DNA of 63,239 bases, filler included, from Choristocarpus tenellus KU-1152 (Eukaryota > Protista > Phaeophyceae), in assembly GCA_964200185.2 (NCBI GenBank). It is 12 parts of 12 records of this genome, joined end to end, with 100 filler letters (N's around TTAATTAATTAA, not from the genome) between each part and the next. Parts side by side here need not be neighbours in the genome. Positions count along the whole stretch, not along the records: positions 10,848 to 13,911 come from CAXNAD020022574.1; positions 14,012 to 18,965 come from CAXNAD020012400.1; positions 19,066 to 26,766 come from CAXNAD020005727.1; 9 more parts are not named here. One strand, 5' to 3'. A program made the translations under genes and the position numbers. The notes under the pieces were generated by a model. The model saw nothing but the letters and a program-made list of their open reading frames with translations, had not been told where the DNA came from and searched no databases. Below, piece after piece: positions 11,807 to 23,789 of this stretch (position 1 is its first letter; each line of letters begins with the position of its first letter).

Positions 11807-13911
11807 TCAGTCCTGTATGACAAGAAAACAACCAGCTATTGAACTCACTGAAAAGAAGAAATAAATCCAAACAAACACTCTCAAATTCAGCAAGAAACAA
11901 ACTACTAAAGATAAACTAAATTTAGCAAAGCCCCTACATGCCTCCAAAAAGATACTTATGCTTAAAGGCTTGGTCAAGAAATGTGTATGTTGTTCATCAG
12001 AAGTAACATGAACAATCCTTATTTGTGCATTTGCTACCAAGTCCTTCAGGACATAATGCCGTACATCAATTTGCTTTGACCTGCCCGAACTCAAAGGGTT
12101 GTTTGCCAAATGGATGGCTCCTGTGTTGTCCTCATGCACTACATAACACGATCCAGTCCTATCAGGTTGCTAAAACTCCAACACATCTCGCAAAAATTAC
12201 AACTCGTGTACACAATCCCCCATCGTCATGTATTCTGCCTCTGCAGTCGACCGTGTTATGACACGTTGGGCCCTGGAAAGCCAAGAAACTGCTGCCCCCC
12301 CACATATCACTACCCCGCCCGATACAGAACGTCTGTCAAAGGACTCGTTCCCAAAATCAGCATCAGCGTAGGTCATCAAATCCGCTCCTGTGCCTTTCTG
12401 GTAGGTTAAGCCCAGATCTCGCGTCCCTTTGAGATACTTTAGGATCTGGGTCAGAGCTCTCCAATGTACTTTGCTTGAAGCATGTGAATGACGGGCAACA
12501 GCTCTCTCTTACTGCATTAGCCACATCTGCTCTTTTCATGTTGTTGACCCACATCAATCCTCCAACTGCCTCTCGGAAGGGACAATCCTTTGAGATCTTG
12601 TCCCCCTGCCTAATTCCAAGCTTTCTGGATGGGGCTGCAGGGATGGGAGTGGTTAATTGGATGGAAAAACGTTCACACAAATCGCCTATGTAGTTGGAAT
12701 GCGTACTGGAGAGAGTACCACGCTTACAACCTCTTGTGTACGTGCAAGCAGAAAACTGAGACAGTAAGCCAAGGTTTTTGGTGGGGAATTCTTCATTCAG
12801 GGAAGTACAAAGATCATTGCAATCATCACAAGACGCCAAATCCATCATATCATCCGCATGGACCGCAAGCATCATCTTGATAACACCATCTTTCCTGAAT
12901 CTAAATATACACAGGTCAATCAGACACTGCTCAAAACCATTGCGCCTAAGGTTGGAAACCAGCTTTGTATTCCTAGTCCTAGAGGCTTGCTTTAAGCCAT
13001 ATAGGGACCTGTGACGGGCGTACGGTCGTATAAGAAAGTCTCCACATCCCTTGTGCAAATTTACCTTGGGAGGTAATGCTATTTGTCAGTAGTGAAGACA
13101 AGAAGGTGTGAAGCCTCACACGGTTCTCCATTGTTGAATTTGATTACATGGTTGAAATTAGAAGAGTTGCCTTTGTGGGGTGTCCTCGCATTGCTTGTTT
13201 ATTATTATTTGTGCTTCCTAACTAAGTAAATGGTTATGTCAAAGTAGTTGAATGCGAAATACCCATACATAATCCCATACATAATCTGGATGTACTATCT
13301 CATTCGTTACATCACATGGACTCAATTCAACANNNNNNNNNNTAATCTCATATACACAAAATAAGGTACACCTCACAATTGTCCTATTTTGCACATCCCT
13401 GTCGGAGGCGCATGTACACCTCGTCCAAGTCAGATTGAACAAATGCCTGCTCCACATCTAGGTGCCACAACGGTAATTAAGTCCAACTCACATGCCATAC
13501 TGGCCATCAGTCTAACCGATGAGGGGGAAGGAGTGGGGGAAGATGTCTCGAAATAGTCAAGACCATACTCCTGACCAAAACCCTGAGCAACCAACCTAGC
13601 CTTAGCTCCATTGAACATTCCAAACGGTCACTCTTCCATTTGAAAACCCACTTGGAACCAATGGCCTTACGAACTAGAGGTACATCTGCAGCACTGAAGG
13701 TATGTTCCAACAAACCATGGAACTCCTTAGACATAGCCTCTTCCCATACTGGCCAGTATTCAGACTTTTGGGCCTCAGCATAAGATTGAGGGGCTGGTTC
13801 CAACTCAGAAACAAGACGACCATGCAGGGGGGTACTCATCAACACTGACTCAAGGGTGGGCTGTACAGCCAAGGCATAAGCAACATGTTGCCTCTCTACG
13901 TTAGTAATAAG
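11807..13911 (-). mobile_element. Ty1/copia RT-RNase H, degenerate, interrupted by a solo LTR
   Basis: Motifs EPAPQSYAEA, KAIGSKWVFKWK, KARLVAQGFGQEYGLDYFET, SLYGLKQASR, LAVHADDM, YADADF, EDNTGAIHLANNP...SKQIDVRHY. Confidence 0.95.
13052..13395 (-). mobile_element. Solo LTR (family Y) with 5-bp TSD
   Basis: Ends TGTGCAAA...TTTGCACA; TSD TCCCT at 13047-13051 and 13396-13400; homologous to 28483-28632. Contains a 10-N gap. Confidence 0.9.
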
Positions 13912-14011
13912 NNNNNNNNNNNNNNNNNNNNNNNNNNNNNNNNNNNNNNNNNNNNTTAATTAATTAANNNNNNNNNNNNNNNNNNNNNNNNNNNNNNNNN
14001 NNNNNNNNNNN

Positions 14012-17000
14012 GCGTGATGAACATCTGCCCAGGGCCAACCTGGGAGAAGGGGAGGAGGACCTGTTGACGGGTTCCGCTCTGCGGCACTTTTGACGTGAAT
14101 TGGATGTTTGCGTCGTCTGCCTTCTCGGTCCAACGCATGTAGTACAGAGGGCAAGTGGCTGCCACGCGCAAGTAGAGCTCTGCGCCCGGCCTACCCACCT
14201 CCATTCCAGGCGAAAGCATGCGCTTGAGCTGTCTGTTGTTGGCCACATGAAGCAGACGAATGTACTGTTCTTCTTGGTCTTCAAGAGGGATCGAACTGAA
14301 AGCCTCTGATCGAGAGTTGCACACTTCGAGATCACCCCACGTAGGGAGGTCATTTCCGCCGATTTTGTAGTCTTTCCCTTCAAGCGGGAACAAGGCCATT
14401 TCCGCGGGATTCGAGGATGAGCTTGCACGCGGCTGAATATTGCCGAAGACAAAGACGGCGGTGGGGTTGGGTGGGGTCGAGGGGGGGGGGGCAGGGTATG
14501 GCGATTTATGAATGTTCGTGATTTGGAGGTAATATCATCCGAAGAAGGTGGTGCAAAAACGGCAACCTTATTGTGGCAAAAAATCGAACACACTACCGAT
14601 GCAATACTTACCTGTAAGGCCCATAGTTTTCTACGCGGCGTATTTGGGTGCCGCATTAGGTAGGTTAGGACTTGGGAATAATTGTTTTTAGTATTTTCTG
14701 CGTGCCGGTAACTAAACTCTGCCGTTCGTTCTTCACAAAATACGTAAACTAGCGCATTCTATACCACATTCACCTCGATCTGGTAGCCGAAGTCCGTCGC
14801 CACCGTCCTCGCAACGAAAATGGTCGCCTCATCGCGTCCCATTGCCTTTCCCTGAGGATGGACGACCTCAGCAAAACATCTCTGCGTCTCCATTGGGACG
14901 AGGGTCTGCCCCAAGGCTTCCGGCAGGCAGGAAGGGTCTATCACGCGTTCTTGAACAAGAGACGTGGATACCTGGAACATCATGTGCGTACATGTGATAG
15001 CCCAACAATGTGACAGTGAAGTGGGTTAGCCATGCGATAAGGTTTTGTCAAATATGTATGGGTTATTCCGGCGTTGGTTAAAGATGTTGTGGTGTACTGC
15101 AGCACGTTTGTTTTTTGTTCGTGCGGGGAAGGAGGACATTATGACGTACCGACGATCACACCAAAGTCTTGGGGACTCGCGATTTCCAGCGGTGGTGTGG
15201 GTAACTGCGTGCACCCTGTTAGCAACGTGTAAACATCTACAAGGAAACATCACTAGTACAATTGCACGCTCGAGACCTATCCATAGGGAACGAAAACAGA
15301 CAGCAAGTTGGAAAGCAATGGTAAAAAAAAGCCAGCGCACCCTTCTTACCTTCCACTTGCCGTCCTTGAAGGCTTGGCCGAAGGACGTGTCCATCTTCTC
15401 TTTCACCTCGTCCTTTGACGCCGCGTTGGACACGAACACCTCCACCCTCCTGCTCCATTCAAGGGCCGCCTCCACCATGTTGTTCCTCTCTGCACTGTAG
15501 GAGACGACAGTGTCCCCAGCATTCGTGTACCTATCATAGGAGTGCAGTTTGTCAATTATCCCTATGGAGTATATTGTATTGCGCACGGATTCATCATGTC
15601 GCAATGTATGAGTAACGTTCCGATACAGGGCAACACACTCTTGGTGCGGTTTGACGCTTAACGTACCAATATACCGAAACAAACTCGTGGGATGGATTGA
15701 CGCCCCTGAACCGTCACCCAGCTCGGATAGTTACTGTTTAACGATCTCCTACACCTATAATAAAAAATATCGCTGCTTCTGTGAAGAAGGATGTGTGTGA
15801 CGTTATTAACGAACCTGTTAACGAGGAAGTGGAGGGCCCTCATGGGGATGTCCGTTGCAGCACCTTTGTATTCGACGTCCAACATGGTTTGGAGTACCGG
15901 AGGAGATGCATCACACCCGTGGCCAAAGATGTCGTCGACGGTTACTCGCTTATTGCATGTGAACATTGTCCCATCGTTGTGCACGAGAATAATCATGTCC
16001 TGACAACATCAGAGATAGTTATCTGTGCCTAATTGAGGTCGCCCCCCCCCCCTCGTCTTGTATATTAGGGTTAGGGGATGATCCTCCACAATCAAGCCTA
16101 CCTTCAATGCCATAAGAGCCTCAGAATGAATAGAAGGCGGGAGCGAGCGTGTGGGTCCGGCATGCGTCAAACTTGACAGTGACATTACACAAGTAGTTAT
16201 CGTAGGGATTCATGAAATCTCCTACCACTAACATTATAATAGTACAATGAGTGTGGAACGCAAGGTAAATAACCAATGCAGAAAGTGCAAACAATAGGAA
16301 ATTAAGTAATAATAGAAGTAAATATGGCAAAAAATAATGTAGTGAAGACGAGTAACACCAGCATGCGATTCGCGGACAATGAAACAAAGAACTACGAAGG
16401 ACCCGGAGGAAAGAGCAAGAGACACAAAAGGAAGTAGAAGGTACGAAGGACATGAAACAACATGGGGAAAGTGAAAAAGGAATACACACGACCTAATCCG
16501 CATCTCCTGAACGGTCGCACAATATTCGATCAGCACACGGACGGAGTGATAATGGCCATAGCGGATTGATCAGTCTCCCGCAATATACCCCGTATTCCAG
16601 CACAGGCGAACTCTGCAACTCGCCGCCTAGGCGGTGTAATTGCGTCTTCCACGGGTGGGGCACAATGAGCGCGATGGTGCCCTGAGGATGCATCTTCAGC
16701 CGCAAGCACTGAAGCACCTCGCACAGGTGTGTGTTGGTCGCCTCTTCGTCGTTGAGGAGTCTTGGCTCGGCGGCAATGGACACTATTGCGAGCTTTAGCA
16801 CATTGCCGAAGGCGAACTCTTTCAGGTCGTCTAAGGGTACCGTAGGGTCGAGAGGGCGAAGTTCGTGTAGTGCAGTGTTCTCACTCCTGCTTGGATATCA
16901 TGACACACGACACAGTAGACAGACAGCACGACAAGAAGGACAGCGTAGTAAGCTACGGTGCAGGCAATCTTTACATTAAGTGAGGTCCTGACAATATTTC

Positions 17001-18965
17001 CACGGCATCTCCAAAATGTCAAGCCGTACCCTCCACAATGCCAGACTCATCAGATATATCTCATGGAAGGAGGGTAGACGTCAAAACACTAAGTTCCATG
17101 GCCCATGGAAACCTCCAAAAAAACGACACATCCAAGGCACAAAGGACGAGCAATCCACATGATGTACAAGCAGCCAAGACCTATGTGCAAACCAACGTGA
17201 AAACAAACACGCAGAGATGTCTTGTGTGTCTGTATAATGTGCAACCACGCCGAGACCCACATGCACTTCTCCATGTCAGACGTTTCGCTGCGTGAGGGTG
17301 GACGTAAAAGGCTTTGCGTCGTGGGTGACCCGCCCGCGCTCCTTGCATGAGCCTTACCCTGGCCCTTGCCCCCGCCCCTGCCCCTTCCCCGACCCGCCGC
17401 TTCGTCCCCCACCGATCCAGACCCTTCACTGCCCTCCTGTGCCATGGGGCAATTGATACATAATCGATCCTTGTTCCTCTCGTCGTCTATAGTCTCCGCG
17501 TAGGCACATTCGCCCATATGCATGATGGAGCACTTTAGGCATGAATACCTGTCGCACGTGTCATCGAATCAGAGCGTTAAACAGACAGGATAGTATTTTT
17601 TCAGATCATTAATTGGGCGCAACAACGCAACGCGGGGATCCACGGTTACGAAGGACCACGAAATTGGCCGTGCAAAACAGCACGAAGTAGTACAGGTGAG
17701 ATACAACAGTCGGTGATGTACATGCATTAACTCACAATCGGACAGTGGCAAATAAAGAGACGTCGGGGTAGCGACCGCAGCGCCGCACATAGAGGGACCC
17801 TGCAACATACCATCGATTCAATGGCGTGCGCCGCTGAAAAGATACAACGTATCTATCCGTTCAGGGGATTGGATGGAAACCAGTCTTACGCTATTAATTA
17901 CACTCTGCCCTCGTGTGCACCCTAACCAACTACATTACTCACCGAGATGTAGGTGGAGGATTGCGTTCAGTACAGCAAACACCTGCGTTCCACCCTCCAT
18001 GGCCGTTTTGTTCTTCTTCCGCACCAGGAATACTGCCGACAGAACCCCCTTCGCCCGTATCCTCCCTGTCTGGCAGTCCGTCCCCTCCCTCGTCTCCACC
18101 CCCTCCTTGGTGTTCGTGCCCTCCCTCGTATTGTTTCTCACGGCCATCTGATGCCGATCCGTTGTTGCTCTCAACTTCTGCGCCGCCGCCATCACAGCCC
18201 CGCCCGCTGTGAACCTTGTTGAGGTTGACCTGGTTGAGTACATCCTGGTATTTCCCATCCCAGGTGGTGAAGTAAGTGCGTAGAATCGAGTCCTTCTCGA
18301 GAATCTAGTAGTGGAGACGGCGGAGGACGTCGTTGAGGAGAGGAGGGGACGATGGTCACATCAAAAATGTGATGGTGTAATGGAACTGCGATAGCATGGA
18401 GGAGCGAACAGAGCAAACGATATGGTTGACGTGGTGAACGTGTTTAATTGAGGCGGCTTGTGGGGCGAAATAGTTTGAAATAAGTCCATGTCGAGGACGC
18501 CAATCCGTATGTAGTTTTTTTCAGTGACGCGTTTTGGAGGCAGAAACGAGGTGGAGATTGACCAAGATCGTTGTCTGCAGTTGAAGGAAATGATTTACTG
18601 TTCCCGCTATTAGCAACGAAAGACTAGAACTGACAAAACAGCAACGTTTGTAGTATGGAAGGCAACTCTGTCGCTCATGATGATGACGAAGACCCACCAC
18701 CAATCCTACCAAGCATCAACTATTTTTTTCGGTACAAGTCATTTCAGCTGAAATTACGAACACAGGAGGCACACTTAAGGCTCTGACACGTTGTAGAGGT
18801 TTTATTCCGACTACCGTGGAGATGTTTGCCCTCAGTTGGCGGATGGGCCCCACCTGTTGGTCGCCAGATGAAACCTTCTGCAGAAGTTGGGCCACCTCCC
18901 TCTTCCTCTCCTCGTAGTGGGGCTTGACCCAGAGGTCGTGCATACTGCACTTCTCATATGCGAAC
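14012..18965 (-). pseudogene. CpG-rich contig with spliced, partly disrupted coding segments of unknown protein(s), including an ADD/PHD-like Cys cluster
   Basis: Consistent minus-strand ORFs (18716..18943, ~17944-18247, 17089..17523, 16493..16801, 15658..15996, 15026..15682, 14759..14983, 14012..14399), several with AG/GT borders. Motif TCDRYSCLKC...RLCINC at ~17445-17560 has an in-frame stop just upstream. Confidence 0.45.
16234..16396 (+). repeat. Dispersed repeat, second copy 63056-63217
   Basis: TTATAATAGTACAATGAGTGTGGAACGCAAGG...ACGAGTAACACCAGCATGCGA...GGACAATGAAACAAAGAA is shared by both. Confidence 0.9.
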
Positions 18966-19374
18966 NNNNNNNNNNNNNNNNNNNNNNNNNNNNNNNNNNN
19001 NNNNNNNNNTTAATTAATTAANNNNNNNNNNNNNNNNNNNNNNNNNNNNNNNNNNNNNNNNNNNNATGTCAGAGATATATTCTTAGTAAATTTTGAAGGT
19101 GTGTTTCAGAAAGAGCAAATGTATACTCAGACTAGGCCAGGGACAATCTGACTCTAATGGTATTCTATGACCCTTGGGAAAACATTTCCGGGTTAACCAA
19201 GGATATTTGTTGACCTATTTTGGGGCTAGTTGGAGTTATATATGTTTTTAAATAAAAGTATATACTCTTATCTGGTCAGACATATTGATCTAGACTGTGC
19301 CTTACGACTTTTGAGGATCTGTTCTCAAAGGAAACGAGGGTATTGTTGATCACTGTTGGAATCCATGGGTTAAT

Positions 19375-19500
19375 TTGGAACCGGAGTCCTTATGTTGGAA
19401 ACAGCTGGCCGAGTTGGAACTGGAGTCACTATGTTTGAAACAACTGACAGAGTTGGAACTGGAGTCCCTACGCTGGAAACAACTGGCAGAGTTGGAACTA
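19375..19500 (+). repeat. 39-bp tandem repeat, ~3 units
   Basis: TTGGAACTGGAGTC.CTATG.TGGAAACA.CTG.C.GAG repeated head to tail. Confidence 0.85.
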
Positions 19501-19827
19501 AAGCCCCAATGTTACCAAATGGCAATTATCCATGCCACCGCAGCATGATCTAAGGTGATGGATATTTATTATACAGATAATAATTATTGCCTATGGTAAG
19601 CATTAAACAGGTAGTCAATACATGGAACATAGGATAGCCGAAGTTGGAACCATGAAGGAACATAGGATATATGTTTTGGGCCTAGTAGGAGTCATGTATT
19701 TTTTTCTTCCTTTCTTTCTCCTTGCCACAGGATGATCTGAGGTGATTGAAGATATCTATTAACTTCACCGGTGACAATCGCCTGTGGTAAGTGTGAAACA
19801 CGTATTGCTAGTTCACGCTGGGGGGCA

Positions 19828-20364
19828 CGTTACAGGCGAATAGCGCGAGCATTTCTTCCCATGTTTAGGCAAACACGAACATTTGTGACAAACGTATAGT
19901 GCGAGGATTGTTTCTCGCGATCTAACGAGCGCGAACAATATACGATATTGGTAACACAGAGGTAGCCTTACAGAATAAATGATGATTTGATAGGAGATGC
20001 AGAGTAAGATTTCAAATTCAAACATAACCTTACAGAATAGATGTCAATTCCTGGAAGTTGCAGAACAAAGATTTATGATTGAAGTATCTACTTAGCAGTT
20101 TGCAGACTTCATTTAACTCTTTGGCTCTAGAAAAATGGTGAATGATGTTGTTAATAAAAGGCTGATGTGGACTACCACGCCCTCCGTTCCTTTTTGATGT
20201 TACCTCTTCTGATGAAGCGGAAAGCGAGACATTGACTGAGCTAAACATCAAGCTGACACCGTACGTCGTTATCATCTGTGGACCCCCCTCGTAGCGTCGT
20301 TTTAAGGTCGTTGGGTTTGAGTTGCATATCCCGTGGAGGTGAGTTCTGAGGGGCGCCTGTATCA
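19828..20364 (+). mobile_element. LTR family X copy (probable 3' LTR; G-tract immediately upstream)
   Basis: CGTTACAGG...CCTGTATCA, homologous to 27549-28116 and 36198-36413; no TSD. Confidence 0.75.
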
Positions 20365-21169
20365 CTCCATGGTGGATCATATTCCTACCATAGTGTGAGG
20401 AATAGAAAATCTGGCTCTACTCCCTTGCACTTGCAAAGTCGCTGGTGCAACGCAATAGCAAGACACATACCTGTGGCTCGAGTTGAAGAGAGATCTGGAT
20501 GGCGACTCGGCCCCTACCACTGCAACCATAGAAGATGAATGCCGGAACCTAACCCACATCCATTTGCATTCTAACGCAAAACCTGAGACAGAAAACTAAA
20601 CCAATGAGCCTCTGGACAGCAAGGCCGGACTCTCCCCAGATCTGAGCCTGTGGGATATACCACCCGACTCGGGACCTGCACTGCAACCTTGGACCCCCAC
20701 CTCTGGCCCACTACTTAAGTCAAAGCGAAGCTCAGACCAGGGACACAAAGCCACGACCTTCGGTGGTAAAACATCAGGCTCAGACCCATGACCAGTCCAA
20801 AAGCCAGTCCCACACCCACACATGATCTTTTGTCAATTTAGGGACCTACAAGAGGAAACCACTACCCGCTGTCTGTCCACTTTAAGGACATTACAACTGT
20901 ATCCGGCAAACAATGAACATGGCGTAAGTTTGGCCGGCTCAGGCCAGTCCCTTTCTTTAATATATGGAAGTGGCAAACAAGTTTGAGACGAGGGTAGGGT
21001 GAAGGGAGAGAACAAAACGGGAATGAAAGGTAGCTTCTCATACTCAGTTTTTTTCCCTTAGGTGGTGGCAGTATAATAAGGACATACACACGAGAGTAAT
21101 GCGAATTTAAAATACATTGATGCTTGGGAATACAGGTGAAAACGAATACAACAAGGTTAGGCAATCAGG

Positions 21170-22020
21170 TTGGGTATTTATATGCTTGTCGCCGAGTGTG
21201 GCAAACACACCTTGTAACTCCTTCGTATAGTCTATATTATAGTATAATGGTAGGCTTACCAGTCTGGTACTCACAATTTCAGGAGGGAATCCAATGATCC
21301 TTCCTCGCATTATTTCAAATATCATTGGAAAGATCATGAATGGCGAGGGTGTTTGCAGTCACTGCCACAAACGTTAACCTACCCCGTTCACATCTACAAT
21401 TGCATCCCTCTCCTCAGGCCTCGAAATGCTGAACACTGTCCCTACTACCCCATACAGTAGCACGATATTAAATGATCTCTTCCCCGCATCCCCGAGGGAT
21501 CAGGACAACAGAATAACAAAAGGTTGGATTTTCTGCCTTCAAGGTACACGTCAAAGACTTCACGATCATCCTTTCCAAGGCTGATGATGCTGGTTGCGGT
21601 TGCTACTATACATCGTCGGACACAATCAACGAGGTCGAGTTAATCCGCATCCTCCCTATATTTCGTAGACGCTTATATCTTGTCCTCCTTTGAATGTCCC
21701 TACGCTCTTGTCGTACTCCTAGATCATCCATCGATCTCTTCTGTATAACCTTCACAACGAAGCTGCACTGATCTACAACAAGATACATATTACTACACAC
21801 TCCATTGCTAACCTTCAACCCTGTGGGGCACCTTTTTTTTTTGTCTTCGATCGGAGGACGACTCACAACAAGACGTGCAAGGACTGCGTAAGGTCAAGGT
21901 TGGTTGACTCTTTAGTGCATTAAATAACACACGATGCCCTAGGATACTACAGTATGTTCTGGTAGGAGGATGAATTTATACTGACTCGGGGGACATGTGG
22001 AGAGGGCCGCACGGATTGAA
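21170..22020 (+). mobile_element. Highly degenerate DIRS-like (tyrosine-recombinase retroelement) relic
   Basis: ICLSPSVANTPCNSF resembles the DIRS motif DLFASxxNxxCxxF; ILPRIISNIIGKI resembles FPPxxLIxxVLxKI; GYYSM..VGG...MW resembles the recombinase HSxRxGG...W. Many stops and frameshifts. Confidence 0.35.
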
Positions 22021-22460
22021 TTTTAACCCTAAATCAAGGAAGAGAGGGAGAGGGGACATCTACAACAAAAACAATTATTCCCAGGGCAGTCTGTTGGTTG
22101 CGAAGATCAACACCGAAGGCTTGGACCCATGGTACGAACACAAGCTGGGATTGACGGTGGCATAGAATTTCAAAGTCTACATTGCAGTCTATGATGCACA
22201 GGATCAAATTTTGTGCTTATAACAAGCATGGTGTTTAAGTGTAGTTGTGAACCATTTCTTGTATCAAGCAGCTGTTGGGAAGGTGCAAGACTCTCTCACC
22301 TACTGCAACAGTTGGGTGTACACTGTCATTATCAATGGACACATCATATCGGGCGGCCGCCAACTTGTGCTAGATAAATTGCGATAATGATAAGGGGTCC
22401 ACACTGAGCTTGAGCAGAGAGTTTTTTTTAAACAAAAAGGATATTTAAGGTGGACTGTTA

Positions 22461-22610
22461 TTTTCTTACAGTGTGAACAAATAAACCCATCAAACCAAAC
22501 CCAGCCACACCTACAGTTTTTTAACAACAAAAATTATATTCAAGGCGAACAGTTGTTTTCTTACAGTGTGAACAAATGAAATGAACCCATCAAACAACAC
22601 CCAGTCACAC
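22461..22610 (+). repeat. Short direct duplication (~96-bp spacing)
   Basis: TTTTCTTACAGTGTGAACAAAT...AACCCATCAAAC...CCCAG.CACAC occurs twice. Confidence 0.75.
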
Positions 22611-23188
22611 ATATATTCATTTTCAACCACCTCAACTAAGTTCTGCTACTAGTGCAAAGCATTACACGCGTTTCAATAGGTGCTTTTTCAAGTACTCACT
22701 GCATTGCAAAAAAATATGACCTTTCCCTTTCCTTGTGCCTATATCACCCTGTTGAATTCTCCTGGCTCAAACGAAGCACAACAGCATATTCACATTTGCG
22801 GAAATAGGACGCATAAGCTCATACAATATATCCAATGCTTGGAGAGCAGGATACCATAATGTTTAACAAAACTTGGAAGGATAAAGCAAAATATCAAATG
22901 CAATGCTTCTCTTTACCAGCTTCTATGTTATTCTGTTTCTGCAGAAACACCTCACGGTATCAGTTGGATTCACACCACACCACTTGATCAATAAAATACG
23001 TCACAAAAGAGCACAAACAAAACACAACTCATTGCGTGCTCCACAACACGGCAGCAAAACTCAAGAGGACAGTAACAGGTCTCATCAGTCCAAAAAGTAC
23101 AATAATGCACTTTCAAGAAGGGGAAACTTGTTCCACGAAAGTGTTCTATTTCGCACAACTCTCAAAACCAACGTGTGAAACATGTTGT

Positions 23189-23749
23189 TCATGCCATCTG
23201 GCCCTTATTTGCTGCAAATACTTCTTCTGTGATCACCTTGGGAGTGGTGTGGCCCATCGCTGGAATAAATAAATAAATAACAAAAAGCACCGGCATTGGA
23301 GAGGGAATGATGTTGGTCGAGGGACGGTACTCATGTGTGGATGCTGTGGAGTGTACCTATAGTTCTTGCCTTCAAGTTAAGTATCTCATTTTCTATTACA
23401 ACAGGAAAGAAATATATCTTTGCGTGGATGACAAACTCTGGATCGTCTATACAGTATCGTGCCTATATTGCATGCGATCAGTCTATTCTTCTTTTAATGA
23501 CAACCAAAAAGTGCAATTTGTAGGGGTGAGCTGGATAAGTCAGCCTTCACAACGCTTGATCGGAGGTCCGAACAAAAGGTACAACAGTCCGCACGGGGGG
23601 GGGGGGGGGGGGGGGCACAAAACACTCCTTGGGGTTGGAAAAGAGAACGCGAAAAAAAAGTTCACCCCAAACAACCAACAAACAANNNNNNNNNNGGGGG
23701 GAAAGACAAAACATACACATCGGTAACGGGGGCGGGAGAGAAGTGAGAA

Positions 23750-23789
<40 letters not shown>

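Noticed and set aside
19375-19500. Possible CRISPR array (also 53022-53165 and 4861-5010)
   Set aside because: Head-to-tail tandem units with no unique spacers, no cas genes, and a eukaryotic context.
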